Positions 24,339-32,000 of a stretch of DNA of 32,000 nucleotides are shown here, one piece after another. A model generated the notes under the pieces. The model did no database searches, was not told the DNA's origin, and saw only the letters and a program-made list of their open reading frames with translations. Source of the stretch: Trichlorobacter lovleyi SZ (GTDB lineage: Bacteria > Desulfobacterota > Desulfuromonadia > Geobacterales > Pseudopelobacteraceae); assembly GCF_000020385.1 (NCBI RefSeq), contig NC_010814.1, forward strand, positions 810,001 through 842,000, given 5' to 3'. Position numbers and translations under genes: made by a program. Position 1 is the stretch's first letter, and the number at the start of each line of letters is the position of its first letter.

Positions 24339-25142
24339 ATGGCAATGGATGTAATCGATTATGAGATCTTTGGTTCAGAGATGCAGTTTGTAGAGGTGGA
24401 GCTTGATCCGGGTGAGGCAGCCATCGGTGAGGCCGGGGTCATGATGTACATGCAGGATGGCATCCAGATGGACACGGTCTTTGGCGACGGGTCCCAGCAG
24501 ACAAGCGGTTTCATGGGCAAGCTGCTGGGGGCCGGCAAGCGGTTGCTGACTGGTGAAAGTCTGTTCACCACTGTCTTTCACAACGAGAGCAGCGGCAAGC
24601 GGCGGGTGGCCTTTGCAGCCCCCTATCCCGGCAAGATTGTGCCTGTCCAACTGACTGATATCGGCGGCACGCTGATCTGCCAGAAGGACTCATTCCTCTG
24701 TGCCGCCAAAGGGGTCTCCCTTGGCATCGCCTTTCAGAAAAAGATCGGCACCGGCCTGTTCGGGGGTGAAGGCTTTATCATGCAGAAGCTTGACGGCGAC
24801 GGCATGGCGTTTATCCATGCGGGCGGCACCCTGCACGAACGGACACTTGCCCCTGGGGAAACGCTGCGTGTTGATACCGGCTGCGTGGTGGCATTTCAGC
24901 CGTCGGTTGATTTTGATATCCAGTTTGTCGGCAAGATCAAGTCGGCCGTCTTTGGCGGCGAAGGCCTGTTCTTTGCCACTTTAAGCGGGCCGGGCAAGAT
25001 CTGGCTGCAGTCCCTGCCGCTGTCCCGTCTGGCAAACCGGATCGTCATGTCGGCTCCGGCAACAGGCGGGCGTTCAGCCGATCAGAGCTCACTGCTTGGT
25101 GCCGGTGTACTGGGGGGCATCCTTGGCAGTAGTGATGACTGA
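24339..25142 (+). CDS. TIGR00266/AIM24-family protein (DUF124)
   Basis: The opening [31 protein letters not shown] and later [21 protein letters not shown]...[11 protein letters not shown] are characteristic of the family. GGGAGG SD upstream. Confidence 0.8.
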   Translation: MAMDVIDYEIFGSEMQFVEVELDPGEAAIGEAGVMMYMQDGIQMDTVFGDGSQQTSGFMGKLLGAGKRLLTGESLFTTVFHNESSGKRRVAFAAPYPGKIVPVQLTDIGGTLICQKDSFLCAAKGVSLGIAFQKKIGTGLFGGEGFIMQKLDGDGMAFIHAGGTLHERTLAPGETLRVDTGCVVAFQPSVDFDIQFVGKIKSAVFGGEGLFFATLSGPGKIWLQSLPLSRLANRIVMSAPATGGRSADQSSLLGAGVLGGILGSSDD

Positions 25143-26232
25143 CAGTCCATTCATCGGCAGGCTTTTTGGTCCGGGAATACCGGGGGCCGGGGTTGTAGCC
25201 GGAGCCGCCTGGGAACAGTCCGGGCGCTTGCGGATAACAACGTTGGATGCAGGGCACAGCCCCCTGTATGCCGAACAACCGTCCCTGACCAGCGGCGGGT
25301 TTAATGCCGAAGGGATCAGGATAGCATGGCAGGATGGCGAAGCATGCTGGGTATTTATTGTTGATGCAGGAGAAGAACAGGCCCGTTGCACAGCCACAGC
25401 GCCGCCTCAGATCAGCGGACAGCTAAACAGCATAACACGGGAACATAACCGTCTGGAGCGCCGCTTTAAAATAGGCGGCGCTCTGCTTGCTTTTTCGATA
25501 CTGCTGCCGCTGTTGCTGATAAGTCTGTTTCTGGCGAACCGGGAGAGTGTCGCCGCCTGGGTGGTACAGCGTATCCCGGTGTCCCACGAGGCACGTCTGG
25601 GCGATCTGCTGCTGGCCCAGACCCGGCTGCAGATGAAGCTGATCGAAAACGGGCCTGACATTGCTGCCATCCGGGCTATCGGCAGCAAACTTACCGCAGG
25701 CTCCGTCCACCGCTACCGCTGGTTTGTTGCGGAGCGGCCGGAGGTCAACGCCTTTGCCGCTCCCGGCGGTGTGGTGGTGGTTTTCAGGGGATTGCTGAAT
25801 GCTGCAGAAACCCCGGAAGAGCTTGCCGGTGTGCTGGCCCATGAGGTTGCCCACGCTGAACTGCGCCACAGCCTGCAGGGGATGGTCAAGAGTCTGGGGC
25901 TGCGTGCCGCTGCCAGCATGGCCTTTGGCGACATCTCTGACAGCGTTTTCACTGATGCGGCAACCCGGCTTACTGAACTCAGGTTTTCCCGTGATGCCGA
26001 ACGGGAGGCTGATGCAAACGGTCTGCAGCGTCTGGTTGCTGCCCGTATCTCGCCGGAAGGGATGGTCCGTTTTTACGAGCGTCTGGCCTCAGAAAAGCGT
26101 TCTTCCCCCCCAGCCCTGCTTTCCACCCACCCGTCATCCGGTGAACGGCTGGAATGGCTGCGCCGGGAGGTTGCGGGGCTCTCCGGCCCCTGGCAGCCGC
26201 TACAGGTTGGTCTTGGCAGCAACAAACATTGA
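25135..26232 (+). CDS. M48-family zinc metallopeptidase with an extra N-terminal domain and one TM segment
   Basis: [10 protein letters not shown] (HExxH) and a downstream EREADANG third-ligand region. TM segment [24 protein letters not shown] 25135 overlaps the AIM24 stop by 8 nt; the track start 25096 overlaps more. Confidence 0.85.
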   Translation: MTDSPFIGRLFGPGIPGAGVVAGAAWEQSGRLRITTLDAGHSPLYAEQPSLTSGGFNAEGIRIAWQDGEACWVFIVDAGEEQARCTATAPPQISGQLNSITREHNRLERRFKIGGALLAFSILLPLLLISLFLANRESVAAWVVQRIPVSHEARLGDLLLAQTRLQMKLIENGPDIAAIRAIGSKLTAGSVHRYRWFVAERPEVNAFAAPGGVVVVFRGLLNAAETPEELAGVLAHEVAHAELRHSLQGMVKSLGLRAAASMAFGDISDSVFTDAATRLTELRFSRDAEREADANGLQRLVAARISPEGMVRFYERLASEKRSSPPALLSTHPSSGERLEWLRREVAGLSGPWQPLQVGLGSNKH

Positions 26233-26259
26233 TACCCTACTGCACACAAAGGACTCGTT

Positions 26260-28935
26260 ATGTTTAAAAATCGTCTCACGCCAATCCTGTTTGCACTTTT
26301 TATCATTGTGCCGGCGCTGACCTATTTGCTTGCCTACTACACTGACTGGCTGTTTTTCGTTGAAACCGGTTTTGCATCGGTTTTCACCACAAAACTGTAT
26401 GCCCAGACCGGGATAGGGGTGCTGTTCGGTGGGCTTCTGTTCGCTTTTCTGGTGCCCAACCTGCTGTATGCCAACAGGGCGGAGTTCCCCCACGCCGGAG
26501 AGTACATAGAGGCCGGTGCCATCCGGTTGCAGCGTAATCAAACCTTACCGATGATCAGGCCGATCGGCGTGCTGATTGCTGCCGGAATTGCACTGTTTGT
26601 GGGGCAGTTTGGCGCACTGCAATGGGAAAACGTCCTGCTGTTCATCAACAGGGTCAGCGTTGGCACAACTGATCCGGTTATCGGCAAGGATATCGGTTTT
26701 TACCTGTTCAGCCTGCCGCTACTGGAGATACTCAGGGGCTACCTGAACTTCATGCTGCTGGCAACGCTGCTGGTAACGCTGCTGGTCTACTACATCCGGG
26801 GCGGTATCGCGTTAACCCTGCGTGGTCTGCTGATTGCCCAGCAGGTACGCCGACATACGGCAATCCTGCTGGCCCTCTTCTCCTGTGTGATTGCCGCTGG
26901 TTTCTATCTGGAAGGGTTCGGCCTGCTGTACGGCAACAAAGGTGCCTTCTATGGCGCTGGCTATGTTGATGTCAATGTCCGTCTGACCACACTCACCACT
27001 TTGGCCTTTATTACCCCTGTGGCAGGTCTGCTACTGGCATTCGGGCTCTGGAAAGGGACCTGGCGGCTGGTGCTGCTGCCTCCGATTGTTGTTGTGGCAG
27101 CCTATATGATCGGCATGCGCGGCTATCCTGCACTGCTGCAGAAATTCAAGGTGGCCCCTAACGAGCTTGCCCTTGAAACCCCCTACATTGAGCACAACAT
27201 CAACTTTACCCGCTTTGGCTATGATCTGAAAAAGATCGAAACCGTACCGTTTGATGTTGACACCAGGCTTTCAGCTGCCGAGATCGCCAACAACGACGCC
27301 ACCATCAAGAACATCAGGCTCTGGGATCATGCCCCGCTGCTCAAGACCTACAGCCAGTTGCAGCAGATCCGTACCTATTACAAGTTTTTTGATGTAGACA
27401 ATGATCGCTACATGGTTAATGGCCAGTACAGCCAGGTCATGCTTTCCCCCCGTGAACTTTCCTACGCTGATCTACCCAGCAAAAACTGGATCAACGAGCG
27501 GTTGATCTTTACTCACGGTAACGGCATCACCATGGGGCCGGTCAGCCGGATCAGCAAAGAAGGGTTGCCGGAGTTCTATATCAAGGATATTCCTGCAGTC
27601 AGTCTGGCAGACATCAAGGTCACCCGCCCGGAAATCTACTTTGGCGAACTGTCCAACGACTACGTCATCGTCAAGACCAGGGTGCCGGAATTCAGTTACC
27701 CGACAGCCACCGGGAACATCAACACCACCTACAACGGCAAGGGCGGTGTAGCGGTTGACTCTCTGCTGAAGAAAGCGCTTTTTGCCGCCCATTTCAGAAC
27801 CGAAAAGATTGTGCTGTCGTCGGATATCACCAGCGAAAGCCGAATACTCTACAACCGGAACATCAGCAAGCGGGTCAAGAAGCTGGCGCCGTTTCTTCGT
27901 TTTGATGCTGATCCCTACATGGTGGTGGACGACAAAGGCAAGCTGAAATGGATCATTGATGCCTACACCCACTCCTACCGCCTGCCCTATTCAAAACCGC
28001 TGAAAGGCGGCATCAACTACATGCGGAACTCGGTCAAGGCGGTGGTTGACGCCTACGACGGTGCTGTTGATTTTTACATCAGTGATCCTGATGACGTTCT
28101 GCTGAAAGTCTATGCGAAGATATTCCCTGCGCTGTTCAAGCCGATGGCTGCCATGCCGGACGGACTAAAAACCCATGTCCGTTATTCCCACCAGTTCCTG
28201 CAGGTACAGGCAGCCATGTTCAGCACCTACCATATGACCGACCCGAAGGTGTTCTATAACAAGGAAAACCTCTGGGAAATACCGGTGCTTGGCGAGAAAC
28301 AGATGGAGCCGTACTACACCATCATGAAGCTGCCGGGGGAAAAGAAGGAGGAGTACATCCTGCTACTACCGTTCAGTCCTTCAAAACGGGATAACCTTGC
28401 CGCCTGGCTGACTGCCCGCTGTGACGGAGAAAACTATGGCAAGATCAAGGCCTACACCTTCCCCCGGGATCGCCTGATCTACGGACCGAAACAGATTGAT
28501 GCCCGGATCAATCAGGACTCCTACATCTCTCAGCAACTGACCCTCTGGAACCAGCGCGGCTCAGAGGTTATCCGCGGCAGCATGCTGGTGATACCGATTG
28601 AAAAGTCATTGCTTTATGTACAGCCGCTGTTCCTGGCTGCCGATAAATCCGGTCTGCCTGAACTGCGCCGGGTTATCGTTGCCTTTGGCGACGAAGTAGT
28701 GATGGAGGAGACTCTGGAGCTGGCCCTGCAGCGGATCTTTGGCGGCAAGCGTCCTGCTGCTGCCACGGCAACCCAGAGCACCGCACCAGACGCCAAGGCA
28801 TTACCGTCCACGCTGGCTAAAGAAGCGATGAGTCTCTACGAGCGGGCAATTAACATGCAGCGTCAAGGTAACTGGAGCGGTTACGGCGAAGAACTGCGCA
28901 AGCTGGAGCAGGTGCTCAAGCAGTTGGCCAAATAA
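26260..28935 (+). CDS. UPF0182-family large membrane protein (COG1615)
   Basis: About 890 aa, with roughly 7 N-terminal TM helices followed by a large soluble region. Blocks such as IEHNINFTRFGYDL, IRLWD, FTHGNGITMGP and LYVQPLFL match my memory of UPF0182 proteins. Confidence 0.8.
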   Translation: MFKNRLTPILFALFIIVPALTYLLAYYTDWLFFVETGFASVFTTKLYAQTGIGVLFGGLLFAFLVPNLLYANRAEFPHAGEYIEAGAIRLQRNQTLPMIRPIGVLIAAGIALFVGQFGALQWENVLLFINRVSVGTTDPVIGKDIGFYLFSLPLLEILRGYLNFMLLATLLVTLLVYYIRGGIALTLRGLLIAQQVRRHTAILLALFSCVIAAGFYLEGFGLLYGNKGAFYGAGYVDVNVRLTTLTTLAFITPVAGLLLAFGLWKGTWRLVLLPPIVVVAAYMIGMRGYPALLQKFKVAPNELALETPYIEHNINFTRFGYDLKKIETVPFDVDTRLSAAEIANNDATIKNIRLWDHAPLLKTYSQLQQIRTYYKFFDVDNDRYMVNGQYSQVMLSPRELSYADLPSKNWINERLIFTHGNGITMGPVSRISKEGLPEFYIKDIPAVSLADIKVTRPEIYFGELSNDYVIVKTRVPEFSYPTATGNINTTYNGKGGVAVDSLLKKALFAAHFRTEKIVLSSDITSESRILYNRNISKRVKKLAPFLRFDADPYMVVDDKGKLKWIIDAYTHSYRLPYSKPLKGGINYMRNSVKAVVDAYDGAVDFYISDPDDVLLKVYAKIFPALFKPMAAMPDGLKTHVRYSHQFLQVQAAMFSTYHMTDPKVFYNKENLWEIPVLGEKQMEPYYTIMKLPGEKKEEYILLLPFSPSKRDNLAAWLTARCDGENYGKIKAYTFPRDRLIYGPKQIDARINQDSYISQQLTLWNQRGSEVIRGSMLVIPIEKSLLYVQPLFLAADKSGLPELRRVIVAFGDEVVMEETLELALQRIFGGKRPAAATATQSTAPDAKALPSTLAKEAMSLYERAINMQRQGNWSGYGEELRKLEQVLKQLAK

Positions 28936-28956
28936 ATCCAAGCGCAAGGGAACATT

Positions 28957-29946
28957 ATGAGACGACCTGTTGTTATCAGCAATCTGCTGGCTATACTTGC
29001 TGTCTGTGCAGTTTTGTACTTCCATCTGGTGCCGGCAGTTTTTGCCGGTCTGGCGGTGTATGTACTTACCCTGAAGCTTGCCCGACACCTGCCGCGCAAC
29101 ATGAATCGTTTTGCCCACAGGGTTGCCCTGGGGGTCGTTGTTGTCTGTGTTATCTCCTGTCTGACTAGTGTTGGTGCTCTGATTTGGTCATACGTCAGCA
29201 GCAGTCAGGCTATTGCGGCATTATTGACAACAGTGGTTGATACCCTTGAAAGCCTCCGTAAAACGCTTCCTGCACAAATAGCGGAAGCCTTGCCGGCAAC
29301 TATTGAAGATTTACATCAACACCTGGTTTCGCTGCTGGGGGTTCATGCCCAGAAAATTTCCATAGTCGGGCTGGAGGGGATCAAATATCTGGCACATATT
29401 ATCCTGGGGATGGTGGTTGGCGGTATGGCTGCCGTGCATCACTTCAATGAACATGAAAAGGTTCCACCCTTTATCAGTGCCATGCGTACAAGGCTGGGAA
29501 ACCTTGCCATCGCCTTTGACAAGGTGGTTTTTGCCCAGGTAAAGATCTCTGGCCTCAATGCAGCCCTAACTGCAGTCTACCTGCTTGTTGCCCTGCCGTT
29601 ATTCGGCATTCATCTGCCCATGGCATCAATACTGGTTTTACTGACGTTTGCAGTCGGAATGCTACCGGTGGTGGGTAACCTGGTTTCAAACTCAGTGATA
29701 GTCGTAATCAGTCTTGGTATTTCATTGGGGGTGGGTGTTGCTTCACTGCTGTTTCTGGTACTGATACACAAGGCTGAGTATTTTATGAATGCCAGAATCG
29801 TCGGGCATGAGGTGCAGGCAACCGCATGGGAGCTGTTGAGCGCCATGCTGCTTCTGGAGGCGGTCTTTGGTATTGCCGGACTGGTGGCGGCGCCGGTGGT
29901 ATATGCCTGGTTAAAGGCAGAGGTAAAAGCGCAAGGAATGATCTAG
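28957..29946 (+). CDS. AI-2E (PerM/UPF0118) family transporter
   Basis: Polytopic membrane protein. The C-terminal half (LPVVGNLVSNSVIVVISL...IHKAEYFMNARIVGHEVQATAWELL...GIAGLVAAPVV) follows the AI-2E family pattern. Confidence 0.75.
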   Translation: MRRPVVISNLLAILAVCAVLYFHLVPAVFAGLAVYVLTLKLARHLPRNMNRFAHRVALGVVVVCVISCLTSVGALIWSYVSSSQAIAALLTTVVDTLESLRKTLPAQIAEALPATIEDLHQHLVSLLGVHAQKISIVGLEGIKYLAHIILGMVVGGMAAVHHFNEHEKVPPFISAMRTRLGNLAIAFDKVVFAQVKISGLNAALTAVYLLVALPLFGIHLPMASILVLLTFAVGMLPVVGNLVSNSVIVVISLGISLGVGVASLLFLVLIHKAEYFMNARIVGHEVQATAWELLSAMLLLEAVFGIAGLVAAPVVYAWLKAEVKAQGMI

Positions 29947-30486
29947 ATCTATGTTGCACTCCAAACTTGGAATTTGCGTGATCAAAAAGTTTACCGGCTG
30001 TTTCCATGTCCTGAGTGTAGTGTTTTGATAAAAATCCGCTGCACGTGAGACGTACTGATTATTTGATGGAGTCGATGGTTCAAAAAAATCACATCGGGGC
30101 AGTTATAACCTCTGTAACTGCCGCCCTTGCCACATTTTCCTTCCTTTTGTTGTGTGGTGACCTCATTACATGACTTTGCGTTTGTCGCCGGGAAACTAGT
30201 GGCGATTCAACGGTTACTTCAAATCCTGATCCAGCCTGGAAGTTTGAGGCTGATGATATTGTGCTCATAATGGGTAAGTCTGATCAGCTGGTCTTTGCTG
30301 CTCATCTGTTTGAAGGGTAGGGAAGGAGATGTCGTGCTTCGCAAGGCAGAGGAAAGCTGCTGTTGAAAACTGGAGGCAACCTCTATATACTGCATCCATA
30401 CATCTGACATTGAAGAGTACCAAACCTTGATTTTACTTTCAGCTCCCAACGTAATCTGTAATCAAAAAGCCCTCCCTCTGTATCCG

Positions 30487-30502
30487 GTTTCTAGCTTTAA
30501 TA
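30487..30502 (+). repeat. 16-bp direct repeat, copy 1 (GTTTCTAGCTTTAATA)
   Basis: Exact copy of 30554-30569, 67 bp apart, just upstream of and inside the first codons of the L,D-transpeptidase ORF. Confidence 0.6.
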
Positions 30503-30541
30503 CTATACGTATACCTGTTGAAAGCGTAAAGTGCTGATATT

Positions 30542-31429
30542 ATGGAGCCGATAGTTTCTAGCTTTAATAAAAAGTCACAGATGCGTGTAAGCCACCGGCT
30601 GGTGCTGGTGGCTTTTTTTACCGTCCTGATAACAGGTGGCTGGCTCATCTGGGAGATTGATACAGTTGATCATCCTGCCGCATCTCCAATTGACAAGGCT
30701 CAGGAGGATTTGTCCAGGATCGAGTATCCCAGCCAGAAAGGGATGCGTTGGCATCCCCGTTTTATCCGTCCCCATGAGACCCTTGAATCGCTCTACGGTA
30801 AGGATTGGATCTGGGTGGCCCGCTTTAACCGGGTTGACCGGCGGCATGTCTATCCCGGCATGACCATCAAAGAGCCGGAGCGGATGGAAGATATTCGGGG
30901 TTATACGCCGTTGCCAAAAGAGCTTCCCGAGGCAAAGGCCCATCGTAAATACATCCTGCTGGATCTCACGGAACAGTGGATCGGCGCCTATGAACGTGGT
31001 GTGCTGAAGTTTTCCATGCCTGCAGCCACTGGAAAGGCCGGCACGGAAACCCCGGTTGGTACCTTCAGGATCAGTGCCCGCCATCAGACCCACACCTCTT
31101 CGCTGTATAAGATCAACGGTGAAGAAGGGGATCAGTATCCGATGGACTATGCCCTGCGTTTCCATATTGATGAAAAAAATGTCGGCTACTATATCCATGC
31201 CCGTGACCTGCCGGGTAGGCCGGCTTCCCATGGTTGCGTCGGCCTGTATGATGAAGAGATGCAGGAACGCACCTTTGGTACGCCGGAAGAGCCGGTTCTG
31301 GTGGATTCCCGCAAGATGTATGAATGGGCGGCACCAGATAGTGAATACGGCGATGATTACGGCGATTTTGAAGAGATCGATAATGGTCCGACCCTTGAGG
31401 TGCGGGGTAGCCTGCCGGTATACCGCTAA
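30542..31429 (+). CDS. L,D-transpeptidase (YkuD/ErfK family) with LysM-like segment and N-terminal anchor
   Basis: Catalytic HGCVGL motif, GTFRI...H core, and a LysM-like HETLESLYGKDWIWVARFNRVDRRHVYPGMTIKEP. Start uncertain: ATG 30542 or ATG 30581 (MRVSHRLVLVAFF...). Neither has a clear SD. Confidence 0.85.
   Translation: MEPIVSSFNKKSQMRVSHRLVLVAFFTVLITGGWLIWEIDTVDHPAASPIDKAQEDLSRIEYPSQKGMRWHPRFIRPHETLESLYGKDWIWVARFNRVDRRHVYPGMTIKEPERMEDIRGYTPLPKELPEAKAHRKYILLDLTEQWIGAYERGVLKFSMPAATGKAGTETPVGTFRISARHQTHTSSLYKINGEEGDQYPMDYALRFHIDEKNVGYYIHARDLPGRPASHGCVGLYDEEMQERTFGTPEEPVLVDSRKMYEWAAPDSEYGDDYGDFEEIDNGPTLEVRGSLPVYR
30554..30569 (+). repeat. 16-bp direct repeat, copy 2 (GTTTCTAGCTTTAATA)
   Basis: Exact copy of 30487-30502. 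Confidence 0.6.
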
Positions 31430-31432
31430 GTT

Positions 31433-31575
31433 GAGCCTCTTTCAAAACTACTGCGAGGCCGTCTACTACGTTGCGCGGTGCTCGCTCCTTCGCCTAACGA
31501 TTTTTGTTGTGTCTCGGTTGCTGCGCGCCGTGCGCCGTGTATCCGGCTTTCCTCATGACGTTTTGAAAGAGGCTC
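31433..31575. repeat. 143-bp imperfect palindromic (MITE/REP-like or long-hairpin) element
   Basis: The perfect 16-bp termini GAGCCTCTTTCAAAAC (31433-31448) and GTTTTGAAAGAGGCTC (31560-31575) are reverse complements. Interior arms are also partly complementary. A T-rich run follows (31586-31598). Confidence 0.6.
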
Positions 31576-31658
31576 GGTTGTTGGTGTTTTTTCTTTTCCT
31601 TACGGTTGTACTGGGCTAGTATGACACGTTATTTTATTTCAATTCGAGGCACCTATCT

Positions 31659-32000
31659 GTGGATAAACTGATTATTAACGGCGGCAGGAAGCTGAAGGGC
31701 GAGGTCACGGTCAGCGGCTCCAAGAACGCCTCCCTGCCGATCTGTATTGCGGCTGTCCTGGCTCCCGGAGCCAGCACCATCACCAATGTCCCCCGTCTGC
31801 GCGACATTACTACCACGGCAAAACTGCTGGAATCTCTTGGCGCAACCATTGAACGTCACGAAAATACCATGCGGATTGATGCCGGTACCATTAACACCGT
31901 TGAAGCCACCTATGACCTGGTCAAGACCATGCGGGCTTCGGTGCTGGTGCTGGGGCCGCTGTTGGCCCGCTTTGGCCGCTCACGGGTCTCACTGCCCGGC
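31659..32000 (+). CDS. murA: UDP-N-acetylglucosamine 1-carboxyvinyltransferase, 5' part (runs off the right edge)
   Basis: A GTG start gives (M)DKLIINGGRKLKGEVTVSGSKNASLPICIAAVLA...VKTMRASVLVLGPLLARFG, the canonical MurA N-terminus. Open to the window end, which is why it is absent from the ORF track. Confidence 0.9.
   Translation, partial: MDKLIINGGRKLKGEVTVSGSKNASLPICIAAVLAPGASTITNVPRLRDITTTAKLLESLGATIERHENTMRIDAGTINTVEATYDLVKTMRASVLVLGPLLARFGRSRVSLPG

Noticed and set aside
30219-30648. Two short minus-strand ORFs in or next to the non-coding gap (30219-30449, 76 aa; 30439-30648, 69 aa).
   Set aside because: The first uses a TTG start. Neither has an SD or a recognisable motif, and the second overlaps the transpeptidase start. 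They were kept only as part of the gap finding.
1-32000. CRISPR arrays, tRNA/rRNA genes, prophage or toxin-antitoxin pairs, and ops/JUMPStart (GGCGGTAG) elements in the glycan locus.
   Set aside because: I saw no regularly spaced repeats, no cloverleaf-like or rRNA-like conserved sequence, and no GGCGGTAG motif on reading the intergenic regions. The RHH ORF has no adjacent toxin-like partner. This was a by-eye scan and is not exhaustive.

Overview
GC-rich chromosomal window from a Gram-negative bacterium; gene content and protein style look Desulfuromonadales/Geobacter-like, but that is inference only. No rRNA, tRNA, CRISPR array, transposase or integrase was recognised. Three neighbourhoods. 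(1) 1-13.9 kb is an LPS/polysaccharide sugar locus with mosaic structure. It starts with a very AT-rich block (SDR plus a 3-dehydroquinate-synthase-fold enzyme) that changes abruptly to GC-rich DNA at about 1.9 kb, followed by a DegT-type aminotransferase. Next is a tightly packed 7-gene sugar-nucleotide cassette: HddC-like nucleotidyltransferase, HddA-like GHMP kinase, extended SDR, split transketolase, B12-binding radical SAM enzyme, and an RfbH/E1-type PMP dehydrase with the catalytic Lys replaced by His and a Cys cluster. Then come a DUF4143 AAA ATPase and two GT9 heptosyltransferases. The cassettes are delimited by three copies of the first ~25 nt of the heptosyltransferase gene (two identical 25-mers), a visible scar of cassette insertion or exchange. 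I consider the cassette and its repeat-delimited architecture the most likely new biology here. (2) 13.9-22.3 kb holds tcdA, a minus-strand MoxR-like ATPase / ferritin-like diiron protein / GGDEF cyclase operon, and a divergent sensor kinase / receiver / glmS unit. (3) 22.3-32 kb holds a yybP-ykoY (Mn2+) riboswitch with promoter and terminator, driving an unusual RHH protein / His-rich zinc-ribbon / TerC operon. After that come an AIM24(TIGR00266)-M48 peptidase-UPF0182-AI-2E transporter operon, a 595-bp AT-rich non-coding gap, an L,D-transpeptidase, a 143-bp palindromic element, and the 5' part of murA. All functional calls rest on motif recognition by eye; no database search was possible.
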